Notes under the pieces: generated by a model
What the model was told of the DNA's origin: nothing
Databases searched by the model: none
Seen by the model: the letters and a program-made list of their open reading frames with translations, nothing else
Position numbers and translations under genes: made by a program
Shown: in pieces, positions 37,170 through 45,935 of the stretch
Numbering within the stretch: position 1 is the first letter of the stretch
How the letters are laid out: each line of letters starts with the position of its first letter
Assembly: GCA_965232545.1 (NCBI GenBank)
Contig: OZ246979.1
Span: 5,811,287-5,875,286, forward strand
DNA from: Candidatus Poribacteria bacterium
GTDB taxonomy: Bacteria > Poribacteria > WGA-4E > WGA-3G
Direction: 5' to 3'
Length of the DNA: 64,000 nucleotides

Positions 37170-37862
37170 AGTTTTCCTACTATAGCAACACCTCGGTTGC
37201 AATAGGCTTCTGCCAATTCAGGCTTCAGTTGTATCGCCTTATTATAGTCTTTGATAGCGAGACTCGTTATGCCTTTCCTGACATAAGCATTGCCGCGATT
37301 GCTGTATGATCATCCGTTGGGTTTCCACTATTTGACTGTCCAAAGAGGGAGACCATAGATGCCAATTTTCTTCATCAATCGGAAAGAATACTTCTAAATC
37401 TTGCTGAAGTTCTTCAATAGTTGTTATCTCTTTAATTTTCTCACTATCGTTTTCTAACACAAGGACTTTGCCGTTTGTATTTTCATCAGTGCATGCAAAC
37501 CAGAGAGCGACCAACGGGCTGAAAGTAAAGTCAATTAAGCCTGTAGCAACTCGATTATGCTGTAAGTGTGCCATGCACTCTAAAGCCGGCAGATTTCTAT
37601 AGGCGGATGGCTATCTTAGTTTAATCTCATCAATGATTTCAAGGAGATAGTTCAGGTACAAATGGCGCAACGAATAAGAAGGAAGATCCGCTTCCGGTCC
37701 TAAATTTTCGGAACTACTTACTAAGCGGCGATAAGCACTACTGGTTACGCGCCATGCTTCACCTTCCTGACCGCGATAGAGATAACTTTTTTTGGGATGA
37801 GTTATGTTGTCTATTTGGTTGATGTAGTCTGCTAAATTAGAGATCTCAATGGGGGTGTTCAT
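37170..37862 (-). pseudogene. FRG-domain/TPR protein pseudogene
   Basis: YLYRGQ...SSAYRR; in-frame TAG at 37611-37613; HLQH...IDFTFSPLVALWFAC; out-of-frame TPR remnant RGNAY...AIKDYNKAIQLKPELAEAYCNRG; left boundary approximate. Confidence 0.75.
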
Positions 37863-37902
37863 GTATTACCGTTTCTATCCTATATTCCTCTGACTATTCT
37901 CA

Positions 37903-37931
37903 ATTATACAACTCAAGAGTGAGTTTGTCAA
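37903..37931 (-). promoter_or_regulatory. consensus sigma70 promoter of the FRG gene
   Basis: TTGACA-17-TATAAT on the minus strand. Confidence 0.7.
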
Positions 37932-37933
37932 TC

Positions 37934-38110
37934 TCAATTTTGAAAAGGATATGGATCTCGAATTTTCACATTTGAATCCGTGAGTGGGTGTGTGGGAATC
38001 AGCTTTTTGATTTCCAAACTTTTCGATCCGAAATTGAGTAATAACCCTATTTCTAACCAATATGCTTTCAAGTAATTGAATATTTGGAAATCGAGATGTA
38101 TCAATACTTC
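37934..38110 (-). pseudogene. C-terminal remnant of a GxxExxY protein
   Basis: EVLIHLDFQIFNYLKAYWLEIGLLLNFGSKSLEIKK; no intact 5' half. Confidence 0.55.
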
Positions 38111-38146
38111 TTGGCAGTTTTGCTATTATCGCTTGGGATTGTTCTG

Positions 38147-38740
38147 TTAGGGTAGGTGACTGCCGCTGCCCGTTTGCGACCAGAAATCTTCAGCAGCCTG
38201 ATGATGGTTCTCATGCAGCCAGCGATGAATTCGCCTAAGAATACGCGGTAATCCCTTTTGCGGCAAATTTTCCGCTTCCCAACTTGCCATCTGTCTCCGC
38301 AGCGAATCATCAATCGGGGTTTCAGGGGTGAGATCTACTTGATGGCAGGCTTGTATCAATTTTCGGTCGTCTGTCGCTAAGGTGTTAGCACCGCTTGCAA
38401 GTGCTGCTTGGACCAGTACTGCATCGGTGATGTCAATCTCCAACGCGTCGGCGATCCGCATCGCCGCGAGTGTCATGGATAGGTCTATCTCAATGATTTC
38501 AATGGGGCCTGCGGAAAATTGCGAAAGTCGTTGCGAGGCGAGGGAGGCATCCACAGCATAGACTTTTGTGAGAATCGCTTTTGCTTCAAGCAGGGCAAGT
38601 GTTGTCGTGAGCCAACGGGTGCTTTCTCGAATAAACGATTCGCAAACGTCAGAAGCGGGGTGGTTGTCAAGTAGAGAGTAGACAATCAACATCGCATCCA
38701 GTCCGCGCGGTGCAAGTCGTTCAGAGGATAAGGTCATCAC
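38147..38740 (-). CDS. PIN domain (VapC-like) toxin with C-terminal extension
   Basis: Acidic quartet LDAM, LLEA, ITDA, ATDD; overlaps the antitoxin stop. Confidence 0.75.
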   Translation of the reverse strand: MMTLSSERLAPRGLDAMLIVYSLLDNHPASDVCESFIRESTRWLTTTLALLEAKAILTKVYAVDASLASQRLSQFSAGPIEIIEIDLSMTLAAMRIADALEIDITDAVLVQAALASGANTLATDDRKLIQACHQVDLTPETPIDDSLRRQMASWEAENLPQKGLPRILRRIHRWLHENHHQAAEDFWSQTGSGSHLP

Positions 38741-38957
38741 CGCTCACCTCAGACAAGTCTAATGCCGAAGTATTCCCTATTTTGAGTTTCTCGGCATAAA
38801 TCTCGTCCCATGTTTGTACCGGGTACGGACGGATGAGAATGCCATCGTGGGTTCTTTCAAGCACGATACCCGATTCCAAACCCAATTCCACCACCCAGTC
38901 CGGGGGCAATTCTATTTTATAATCCGCTTCCAACCGGAACGTTTTCATGGTAGTCAC
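38721..38957 (-). CDS. AbrB/MazE-like antitoxin
   Basis: KIELPPDWVVELGLESGIVLERTHDGILIRP swapped-hairpin pattern. Confidence 0.7.
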   Translation of the reverse strand: MTTMKTFRLEADYKIELPPDWVVELGLESGIVLERTHDGILIRPYPVQTWDEIYAEKLKIGNTSALDLSEVSGDDLIL

Positions 38958-39081
38958 CTCTTCTTACAGCAGATTTTGGAGTTGGACTGCACCCATGCGA
39001 AAGCGGGTTCAGTCCTTCAGGTGGAAAGATAGACATTACAGACTTTACTAATGCCTATCTTTCTATCCAACGACTGATAAA

Positions 39082-39110
39082 AGTATATCGCGGCTTGAGT
39101 CAATTGTCAA
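39082..39110 (-). promoter_or_regulatory. sigma70 promoter of the vapBC-like operon
   Basis: TTGACA-17-TATACT on the minus strand. Confidence 0.65.
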
Positions 39111-39381
39111 GTGTTTTTAACAGGGAATACTAATCGTAAAGGATCGGCATTAGTAATTGAATATCTGCCGGATTCAAAGAAATGCTTACTGGACATATCA
39201 AATTGTTTCCCTGTTTGTCCAAAAGACCGGTATAGATATGGAATAGCTGATGCGGAAATTTGAAATCCGTTGCTGCTATGCCTTCAGATAATTTATGCCT
39301 TCGGACGCATGATAATACATGTAGGGGAATAAACGGAGGTTGACTCAGATACTGGACTGGAGAGGTGTGTTCTAATTGGGT

Positions 39382-39536
39382 AGGACTTACGCACTTCCCT
39401 GGTAGGTGCGGTTTTGCGGCGTACTCGCCCCGGTGAATGCCACACGGCATTCATACCGTTGATTCATGCGATCTGCATTCCCAATCGCACCGAATGCGTC
39501 CAAATAGATGAAATTTACTGATTTTGCGTAAGTCCT
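39382..39536. mobile_element. MITE-like element (AGGACTTACGCA ends), longer variant
   Basis: Perfect 12-bp TIR aggacttacgca/tgcgtaagtcct; internal GTAGGTGCGGTT...AATCGCACC. Confidence 0.6.
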
Positions 39537-39546
39537 GTTGGGTATA

Positions 39547-40320
39547 CTAAATAGACAAGGCGCAAAGGTCATCGGTGTGCCAGTTGACGGTGCGATCGTC
39601 AATCTGCTGGGCACCCCGATTCAGATACCCGTCAATTGATTTGCCTTCAAGCACTCGGACTTCAAACGTATAAGGGGGATCGATTTTCAAGGGGGCAATC
39701 TCGGTAATATTTCGGCAAGCCTCCGCAGCAGTCTTTTGAATCAATTCTCTCGATCGTTCTGGCGAGAGATGCATCGCAAGTTCCTGTCCGAGTCCCTGTT
39801 TGGTTTCAACACCGTAAATGTTGGGAATAAGTTGCTTCGCCTCTGCAACCGCCTTATCGTCACCAGAGATGAAAACCGTTGGGACATTGAAGGTGCCTGC
39901 GAGTGCGGCACGACAACCGAATTCTCCGATCCTTTTCCCATTGAGTTTGTAATATTCAATGGACAAAGAGGAATACGTATGACTTAACGGAGCATTTGGT
40001 GTGCCTGCCATGGCGTGTTGTCCCAAGAAAAAGAGGGCGTCATAGGTCTCGTCAAGATAGTAGGGCGCACAGATAGGACCCCGCGCGATGAGTTTCGCCT
40101 TCGGATGAAATTCAAGTACATCAATCCCGCCAGTCCCATGTCCATCCCAGACCACAATTTCTGCGTCTGCATCCACATCAAGAATACCATCAACAGCCGC
40201 ATTGACCTCCTGCGTCAATAATCCCATAGCAGTCTGTTTCTGGGGACCTTCCTCACGGGTTTGACTGAAGCGGGATACCATCGCAACGCCTTCTAAGTCG
40301 GTTAGAATGTAAATCTTCAT
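39547..40320 (-). CDS. dppA: M55 family D-aminopeptidase (DppA-like)
   Basis: MKIYILTDLEG, DGHG, GQHAMAG, LSHT, SGDD. Confidence 0.85.
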   Translation of the reverse strand: MKIYILTDLEGVAMVSRFSQTREEGPQKQTAMGLLTQEVNAAVDGILDVDADAEIVVWDGHGTGGIDVLEFHPKAKLIARGPICAPYYLDETYDALFFLGQHAMAGTPNAPLSHTYSSLSIEYYKLNGKRIGEFGCRAALAGTFNVPTVFISGDDKAVAEAKQLIPNIYGVETKQGLGQELAMHLSPERSRELIQKTAAEACRNITEIAPLKIDPPYTFEVRVLEGKSIDGYLNRGAQQIDDRTVNWHTDDLCALSI

Positions 40321-40338
40321 GGTCGGAATCCTACTAAA

Positions 40339-41385
40339 CTAAGACACAGTCCAAGTCTCGCCTGCGTTGAGGAGTGCTTCGAGGTTGCCGTCCCCCGTAC
40401 GCTCTTTTGCGGTACGGATTTGGTTTGTTACCAGGTCTTCGTAGCAGGGTTGTCGGACACTGCGGAAGATGCCGATCGGGTCGGGTATATCAGTCGTGTC
40501 ACTCATCCGTGCAAGGAAGTTCGCCAAGGTGGTGTTCTCGGCATACTGATCGTGGACGATGAGATCCTCAGTGGAGTACTCGCTATTTGTCGTGTTGACG
40601 ACTTCAGGTTGGAAGCCGTTCAGGCGGATACCCTTGTCATGTTCTGTTCCGAAAACGAGGGGTTCGTTATGTTCCAGAAGCACCGTGTTGTCAGCCTTTG
40701 TATCTTTTTCCGTGTATTGGAAAAAGGCTCCGTCGTTAAACACGTTGCAATTTTGGTAGATTTCGATGAAGGACGTGCCCTTGTGTTCAAACGCTGACTT
40801 GATAATGGCTCGGAGGTGATTTGGATCTCTGTCCAGTGAGCGTGCCACGAATGTTGCACCGGATGCCAATGCGAGGCTAATCGGATTAAAGGGGGTATCC
40901 ACTGAACCGAGAGGGGTGGATTTCGTCTGTTTCCCTTGCTCGGATGTGGGTGAGTATTGTCCCTTCGTGAGTCCGTAGATACGGTTGTTAAAGAGCAGGA
41001 CGTTGACATCGAAATTGCGGCGCATCAGGTGAATGAAGTGGTTACCACCGATTGAAAGGGCATCGCCATCTCCTGTGATAATCCACACAGAGAGGTCAGG
41101 ATTCGCCATTTTTACACCGGAGGCGATCGTTGGGGCTCTACCGTGAATGGTATGAAAGCCGTAGGTGTCCATGTAATATGGGAACCGACTCGAACACCCG
41201 ATACCTGAGATAAAGACGATGTTTTCTTTGGGGATGCCGAGTTCCGGCATGATACGTTGTGTCTGAGCGAGAATGGAGTAGTCGCCGCAACCGGGGCACC
41301 ATCGCACATCTTGATCGGATTCAAAGTCCTTTTTGGAGAGGGTCGGTACTCCGGCAGGTATGCGTGAGGTTCTTTTGCTTCTCAT
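40339..41385 (-). CDS. korB: 2-oxoacid:ferredoxin oxidoreductase beta subunit
   Basis: WCPGCGD, GIGCSSR, HGRA, GDGDALSIGGNH, NNRIYGLTKGQYSPT. Confidence 0.92.
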   Translation of the reverse strand: MRSKRTSRIPAGVPTLSKKDFESDQDVRWCPGCGDYSILAQTQRIMPELGIPKENIVFISGIGCSSRFPYYMDTYGFHTIHGRAPTIASGVKMANPDLSVWIITGDGDALSIGGNHFIHLMRRNFDVNVLLFNNRIYGLTKGQYSPTSEQGKQTKSTPLGSVDTPFNPISLALASGATFVARSLDRDPNHLRAIIKSAFEHKGTSFIEIYQNCNVFNDGAFFQYTEKDTKADNTVLLEHNEPLVFGTEHDKGIRLNGFQPEVVNTTNSEYSTEDLIVHDQYAENTTLANFLARMSDTTDIPDPIGIFRSVRQPCYEDLVTNQIRTAKERTGDGNLEALLNAGETWTVS

Positions 41386-41415
41386 GATTTGTTTACCGCC
41401 TTTTGGCGTTAGGGG

Positions 41416-43272
41416 CTAAGCATGCCCAATTTCTTTAAGCATTTCGTCAATTTTCGATGCCAGTTCAAAAATGTGGAAGGGTTGCCCTTGTACCTTGTTA
41501 AACCCGACTGCATCAATGAGATAAGTGCTACGGATGAGTTGGCGGAGTTGCCCACTGTTTTGTTCGGGAATTAAAATCTTTTTGAATCTCTGTAGAATGT
41601 CGGCTAAATCTTTAGGGAAGGGGTTGAGATGTCGGAGATGGACGTGTCCTATTGGAAGTCCGTCGGCGATACAGTTTTCTGCTGTGGTTCGGATTGCACC
41701 GTAGGTGCCGCCCCATCCAAGGAGCAGGAGGTCCCCTTCTTGCGCACCGAACACTTCCGTCGGCGGTAACTCATCGGCGATGCCTGCGACCTTTTCTGCA
41801 CGAATTTCCACCATCCTTTGGTGGTTTTCTGCATCGTAGCTGACGTGTCCGGTCACATCTGATTTCTCCAAGCCTCCAATCCGGTGTTCTAAGCCAGCGG
41901 TACCGGGTTTCGCCCACGGACGCGCCAAGGTCTCTGGATCGCGTAGGTAAGGTTCAAACCCGTTGCGGGTATCTGCGCTCACCGCGAAATCAGGTCTAAT
42001 TTCCGGTAGTTCGGAAAGTTGCGGAATCTTCCACGGTTCAGCCCCCATCGCAATGTAAAGGTCGGAGAGGAAGATCACCGGAGTCCTATATTTCACGGCG
42101 ATACGACAGGCTTCGTAGACGGCTTCAAAGCAGTCGAACGGACGTGACGGCGCGATGATAGGCAACGGCGATTCGCCGTTCCTGCCGTAGAACATTTGCA
42201 AGAGATCCGACTGTTCCGTCTTTGTCGGCATCCCTGTTGACGGACCCGCACGCTGGATGTTACAAACGACGAGTGGGAGTTCGGCAATCATAGCGAGGTT
42301 AATCGCTTCCGATTTGAGCGCAAGCCCCGGTCCGCTACTGCCGGTCACGCCGAGTGAGCCGCTAAAGGAGGCACCGATTGCAACGCCAACGGCGGCAATC
42401 TCATCTTCCATCTGCATCGTGACGACACCGAAATTCCGGTATTGGGCAAGTCCGTGGAGAATATCGCTCGCAGGTGTGATTGGGTAGCTACCGTAAACCA
42501 GCGGTAGACCGGATTGATGTGAGGCTGCGACAAGTCCAAGTACCGTTGCCATGTTGCCTTCGATGTTTCGGTAGGTGCCGGGTTCAAACTCGGCGGGTTT
42601 CACGTCATAAGAGACGGCAAATTGCTCGGTAGCTTCGCAGTAAATATTCCCCGCGCGGAGTGCCAGAATATTGGATTCTACATACTCGGGTTTGCTCGCG
42701 AACTTCGCTTTGATCCACTTCATCGTATATTCCATAGGACGATTGTAGAGCCAGAGGATCATACCGAGCGCGAAAAAGTTTTTACATCTGTCGATTTCTG
42801 GGTTGCTTAATTGTGTGGCTTCGAGTGCTTTTCGAGTGAGTTGTGTTAATTCGACGCGGAAAACTTGATATTTTGTAAGTTTATCATCTTCGAGTGGATC
42901 TTCTTCATACCCCGCGAGTCGTAGATTGCGGCGCGCGAAATTGTCTGAATTGACAATCAGGATACCGTTGGGTTTGAGTTTGTTGAGGTGTACTTTTAAA
43001 GCGGCGGGGTTCATCGCGACGAGGACATCGCAGAGATCTCCGGGGGTATGAATCTGTTCGCTTGAGAAGTGGAGTTGGAACCCGGATACTCCAGCTAACG
43101 ACCCGGCGGGTGCGCGAATCTCAGCCGGATAATCGGGTAGCGTGGCGACATCGTTCCCAACGAGGGCGGTGGTCTCAGTCATTTGTGTGCCAATCGTCTG
43201 CGACCCATCGCCGGAGTCGCCAGCAAATAGGATTGTCGCTTCCTCGATTTGCTCTACTGGCTTGCGCATCAC
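41416..43272 (-). CDS. korA: 2-oxoacid:ferredoxin oxidoreductase alpha subunit (gamma-alpha fusion)
   Basis: FAGDSGDG, YPAEIR, YPITPAS, QMEDEIAA, SGPGLALK, QRAGPSTGMPTK. Confidence 0.92.
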   Translation of the reverse strand: MMRKPVEQIEEATILFAGDSGDGSQTIGTQMTETTALVGNDVATLPDYPAEIRAPAGSLAGVSGFQLHFSSEQIHTPGDLCDVLVAMNPAALKVHLNKLKPNGILIVNSDNFARRNLRLAGYEEDPLEDDKLTKYQVFRVELTQLTRKALEATQLSNPEIDRCKNFFALGMILWLYNRPMEYTMKWIKAKFASKPEYVESNILALRAGNIYCEATEQFAVSYDVKPAEFEPGTYRNIEGNMATVLGLVAASHQSGLPLVYGSYPITPASDILHGLAQYRNFGVVTMQMEDEIAAVGVAIGASFSGSLGVTGSSGPGLALKSEAINLAMIAELPLVVCNIQRAGPSTGMPTKTEQSDLLQMFYGRNGESPLPIIAPSRPFDCFEAVYEACRIAVKYRTPVIFLSDLYIAMGAEPWKIPQLSELPEIRPDFAVSADTRNGFEPYLRDPETLARPWAKPGTAGLEHRIGGLEKSDVTGHVSYDAENHQRMVEIRAEKVAGIADELPPTEVFGAQEGDLLLLGWGGTYGAIRTTAENCIADGLPIGHVHLRHLNPFPKDLADILQRFKKILIPEQNSGQLRQLIRSTYLIDAVGFNKVQGQPFHIFELASKIDEMLKEIGHA

Positions 43273-43384
43273 AATCGTCCTTTTTTAGGATAGGCGCGTA
43301 TTTGGAAAGTGCACCTACAAGAGATTAGAAGACAGGTGCATGTTTGGCAACCGCACCTAAGAAATATGAAAAGTTTAGAGGCAT

Positions 43385-43918
43385 TTACGCACCCTCTCTG
43401 GCTTTCAAGGCATCTCGAACCGGTTTCGGTGGTAGCGTTAAGACTTCTTGGAGAAATTCCTCGACGAGACAGGAGATTACGTCACGAATGGATACCATAC
43501 CAATCGGACGATTCTCTGGATCAACAATAGGGACGTGTCGGTAACCACCCCCTGCCATGTGAAGGATGGCGGTGATCAGCGTATCTTCGGGTTGTGCTGT
43601 CTGCGGATCTGCGATCATGAATTCTTTAACGCCAATGTCGTCCAAGTCGCCGACCTGTTTATTGAGAATTTGGTTGAGTACGTCTCGCTCACTAAATATC
43701 CCGCGGAGATAACCGTTTTCAACAACAGGTGCCGCGCCGATGTTGTTTGCTAAGAGCAGGTCTATAGCCTCGTTCGTGCTGGCGTTGATGTCAATCTTAA
43801 TAATCGGACGCATCAAATCTTTTAGCGAAACCTGAATCTCTTGCGCATTCCATGCTCTTAACGCATCGTCTTCGTCCATCTGCTCTAATTCTTCGTCAAT
43901 TGCCAAATCATATAGCAT
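43385..43918 (-). CDS. CBS domain pair protein
   Basis: GIFSERD, HVPIVD, GMVSIRD; likely ATG at 43918, 12 nt after the upstream stop. Confidence 0.8.
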   Translation of the reverse strand: MLYDLAIDEELEQMDEDDALRAWNAQEIQVSLKDLMRPIIKIDINASTNEAIDLLLANNIGAAPVVENGYLRGIFSERDVLNQILNKQVGDLDDIGVKEFMIADPQTAQPEDTLITAILHMAGGGYRHVPIVDPENRPIGMVSIRDVISCLVEEFLQEVLTLPPKPVRDALKAREGA

Positions 43919-43929
43919 GGTTACGCCTC

Positions 43930-44358
43930 CTACGCCTGATTTTCTATAAATATGGCGATATGTTCTAAGATATCGCGAGTTGAAATTATTCCGATGGGGT
44001 ACGCCTCGCCTTGGTCGTCCCAAACACAGAGAGGTAGATGCCGGAAATGACCAAGGTGCATCAGGTTTATTGCAAAGGCAATAGGGTCACTGGCGCGTAG
44101 CGTCTCTGGATCCGCTGTCATCACCTGCTCGACCTTAAATTCCGCCGGCGCGGCGCGCTGCCCGCTCAAATGCTGGAGTAGGTCTCGTTCGGTGATGATT
44201 CCAACTAATTGTTCATCTTCATCAACGACAAGAACACACCCCGTTCCCCTCTCTTGCATCATATCAATGACAATAGAGACAGGGGATCCGACTTGCACGG
44301 TGGTGGGTTGCTTGTAATCCAGTGTGCTGATCGGCAAAGACAACGTTCTTGTGTCCAT
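43930..44358 (-). CDS. CBS domain pair protein
   Basis: GIITERD, FRHLP, GIISTRD. Confidence 0.8.
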   Translation of the reverse strand: MDTRTLSLPISTLDYKQPTTVQVGSPVSIVIDMMQERGTGCVLVVDEDEQLVGIITERDLLQHLSGQRAAPAEFKVEQVMTADPETLRASDPIAFAINLMHLGHFRHLPLCVWDDQGEAYPIGIISTRDILEHIAIFIENQA

Positions 44359-44710
44359 CGTAGCTATTCCTTATACTATAACGTTGGAAAACAGATTTGG
44401 GTTTCTGATTCTCTCACTTAAAAAGGATACCACATTTTTCGCCGATTTGCAAGAAAATCTGCAGTGAAGAATTTCGGCTGAATTTTGTTCTTACAGACTG
44501 TTTGACAGACTGTTTGAAGGTTAGTTATCAGTTATTGGTAGTCAGTAGAAATCGCAGATGCCACTTGCTCTTACAGAATGGCAGTTAGCGGTCAGCAGTC
44601 AGCCCTCAGTCGTCAATAGTTGATGGACGATGAAGGGTCCCCGACTACAACCGCTAAACCTACTCATCAGTGATCAACCCTCCGGATTCAGAGATCCCAC
44701 CTACAAATGT

Positions 44711-45652
44711 TTATACTGCCAATGTGATAGCGCGAGAGGATCGTGAACCCCATCCCGGAACGACAATCGTCCATCTTCCCGCGGGTCCACCTGCTACCAT
44801 CAGCAGCAGATCGTCTGCCGAGTATTGCTGTGTGGTGTCAGCGATGTATTGTCGGATGTCGTCTCTGTTAAGCCCATCCTCTGAAATCGTCTTTGCGTGC
44901 TCGACGCCAATGACGAGTACGGTTTCACCGACACTGTTGCCGGGGGCGGCGATGTTCTGCGCAATTGTGTTGAGGATGCCTTCTGCGGTGTTGTTGCCGT
45001 GGTCGTTGACGGTTTGGGGACCGGCACCCGCGAAGATGGTAACAGTATTATCGTCCGCTTGGAAACCGCGTTCGACATGCAACGGATCCCAAGGACTCTC
45101 TTCCTCTTTTTCAGCGATGCAACAGGTATATTTGCCAGCGTGTCCGAATGCCGAGCGGTCGAGTTCACCGGGCAATCCGCCACCGATATTCGTGCAGATG
45201 AGTCGTAGCGTACGACCGATCGTTGCATTCGCTCGCCATCCTTGCCCAAAGAGGTTGAACCCATCGTTAATGTCTAACTGCTTTCGGATAGGTCCATTCA
45301 CAACGAGTACCGGTGAAACATGCGATGTTGTGACTTGAACACCGTGGAGGTTGAACTGTTCAGATGTCATCGCTTCCACTGCAGTGAGAATAAGCGGTAG
45401 ATATTCCGGTTTGCATCCTGCCATGACAGCGTTAATCGCGACCTTTTCGACAGTGGCTCTGCCCCATTTTGGAGGCACAGCTGCGATGAGTTCATCCGGA
45501 TCTCGGTCTGTTCCGCTAAGCATGCGTTCGACGCGTTCAGGGGTCGGTGGAACGACGGGAAGCCCATCCGTCCATCCGTTCTGATAGCAGACCTCAATAA
45601 GGTCTTCGGTTTCATCAATTTCTAACGCTGCGGACTGCCATTCTTGTGCCAT
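44711..45652 (-). CDS. conserved hypothetical protein (GWTDGLPVVPPT family)
   Basis: GWTDGLPVVPPT, KVAINAVMAGC, NATIGR; SD AGAAAGGA. Confidence 0.65.
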   Translation of the reverse strand: MAQEWQSAALEIDETEDLIEVCYQNGWTDGLPVVPPTPERVERMLSGTDRDPDELIAAVPPKWGRATVEKVAINAVMAGCKPEYLPLILTAVEAMTSEQFNLHGVQVTTSHVSPVLVVNGPIRKQLDINDGFNLFGQGWRANATIGRTLRLICTNIGGGLPGELDRSAFGHAGKYTCCIAEKEEESPWDPLHVERGFQADDNTVTIFAGAGPQTVNDHGNNTAEGILNTIAQNIAAPGNSVGETVLVIGVEHAKTISEDGLNRDDIRQYIADTTQQYSADDLLLMVAGGPAGRWTIVVPGWGSRSSRAITLAV

Positions 45653-45749
45653 GTGGTTTCCTTTCTGTGATTAATTTTGAATATGCCCGTTGAAGTATGT
45701 TACCATATTAGCATAGATTTTTTAGGTTGGCAAGATACTCTTTGTCCTT

Positions 45750-45912
45750 GTAGGAGGGAACTCTGATTCCGGACAATATTGGCTATCGGCGAAGAGGCTA
45801 TCGACTATCGGTAAAGAGGTTTGGGTCTAACAACACGGTCTGTCTTACTGATCGCCGACTGCTGACTGCTGATCGCCATCCTTGTAGGAGAGAACTCCGA
45901 TTCCCGACTCTT
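45750..45912. repeat. two family A REPs flanking heptamer-like repeats
   Basis: GTAGGAGGGAACTCTGATTCCGGAC (45750) and GTAGGAGAGAACTCCGATTCCCGACTCTT (45884); ctgatcg/ccgactg/ctgactg between them. Confidence 0.6.
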
Positions 45913-45935
45913 TTAAAATACATTAGGAGTAAAAA

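Noticed and set aside
39130-39450. 106-aa minus-strand ORF and the AT-rich stretch upstream of vapBC
   Set aside because: It starts inside a MITE, has no SD or motifs, and I could not assign the remaining sequence to any family.
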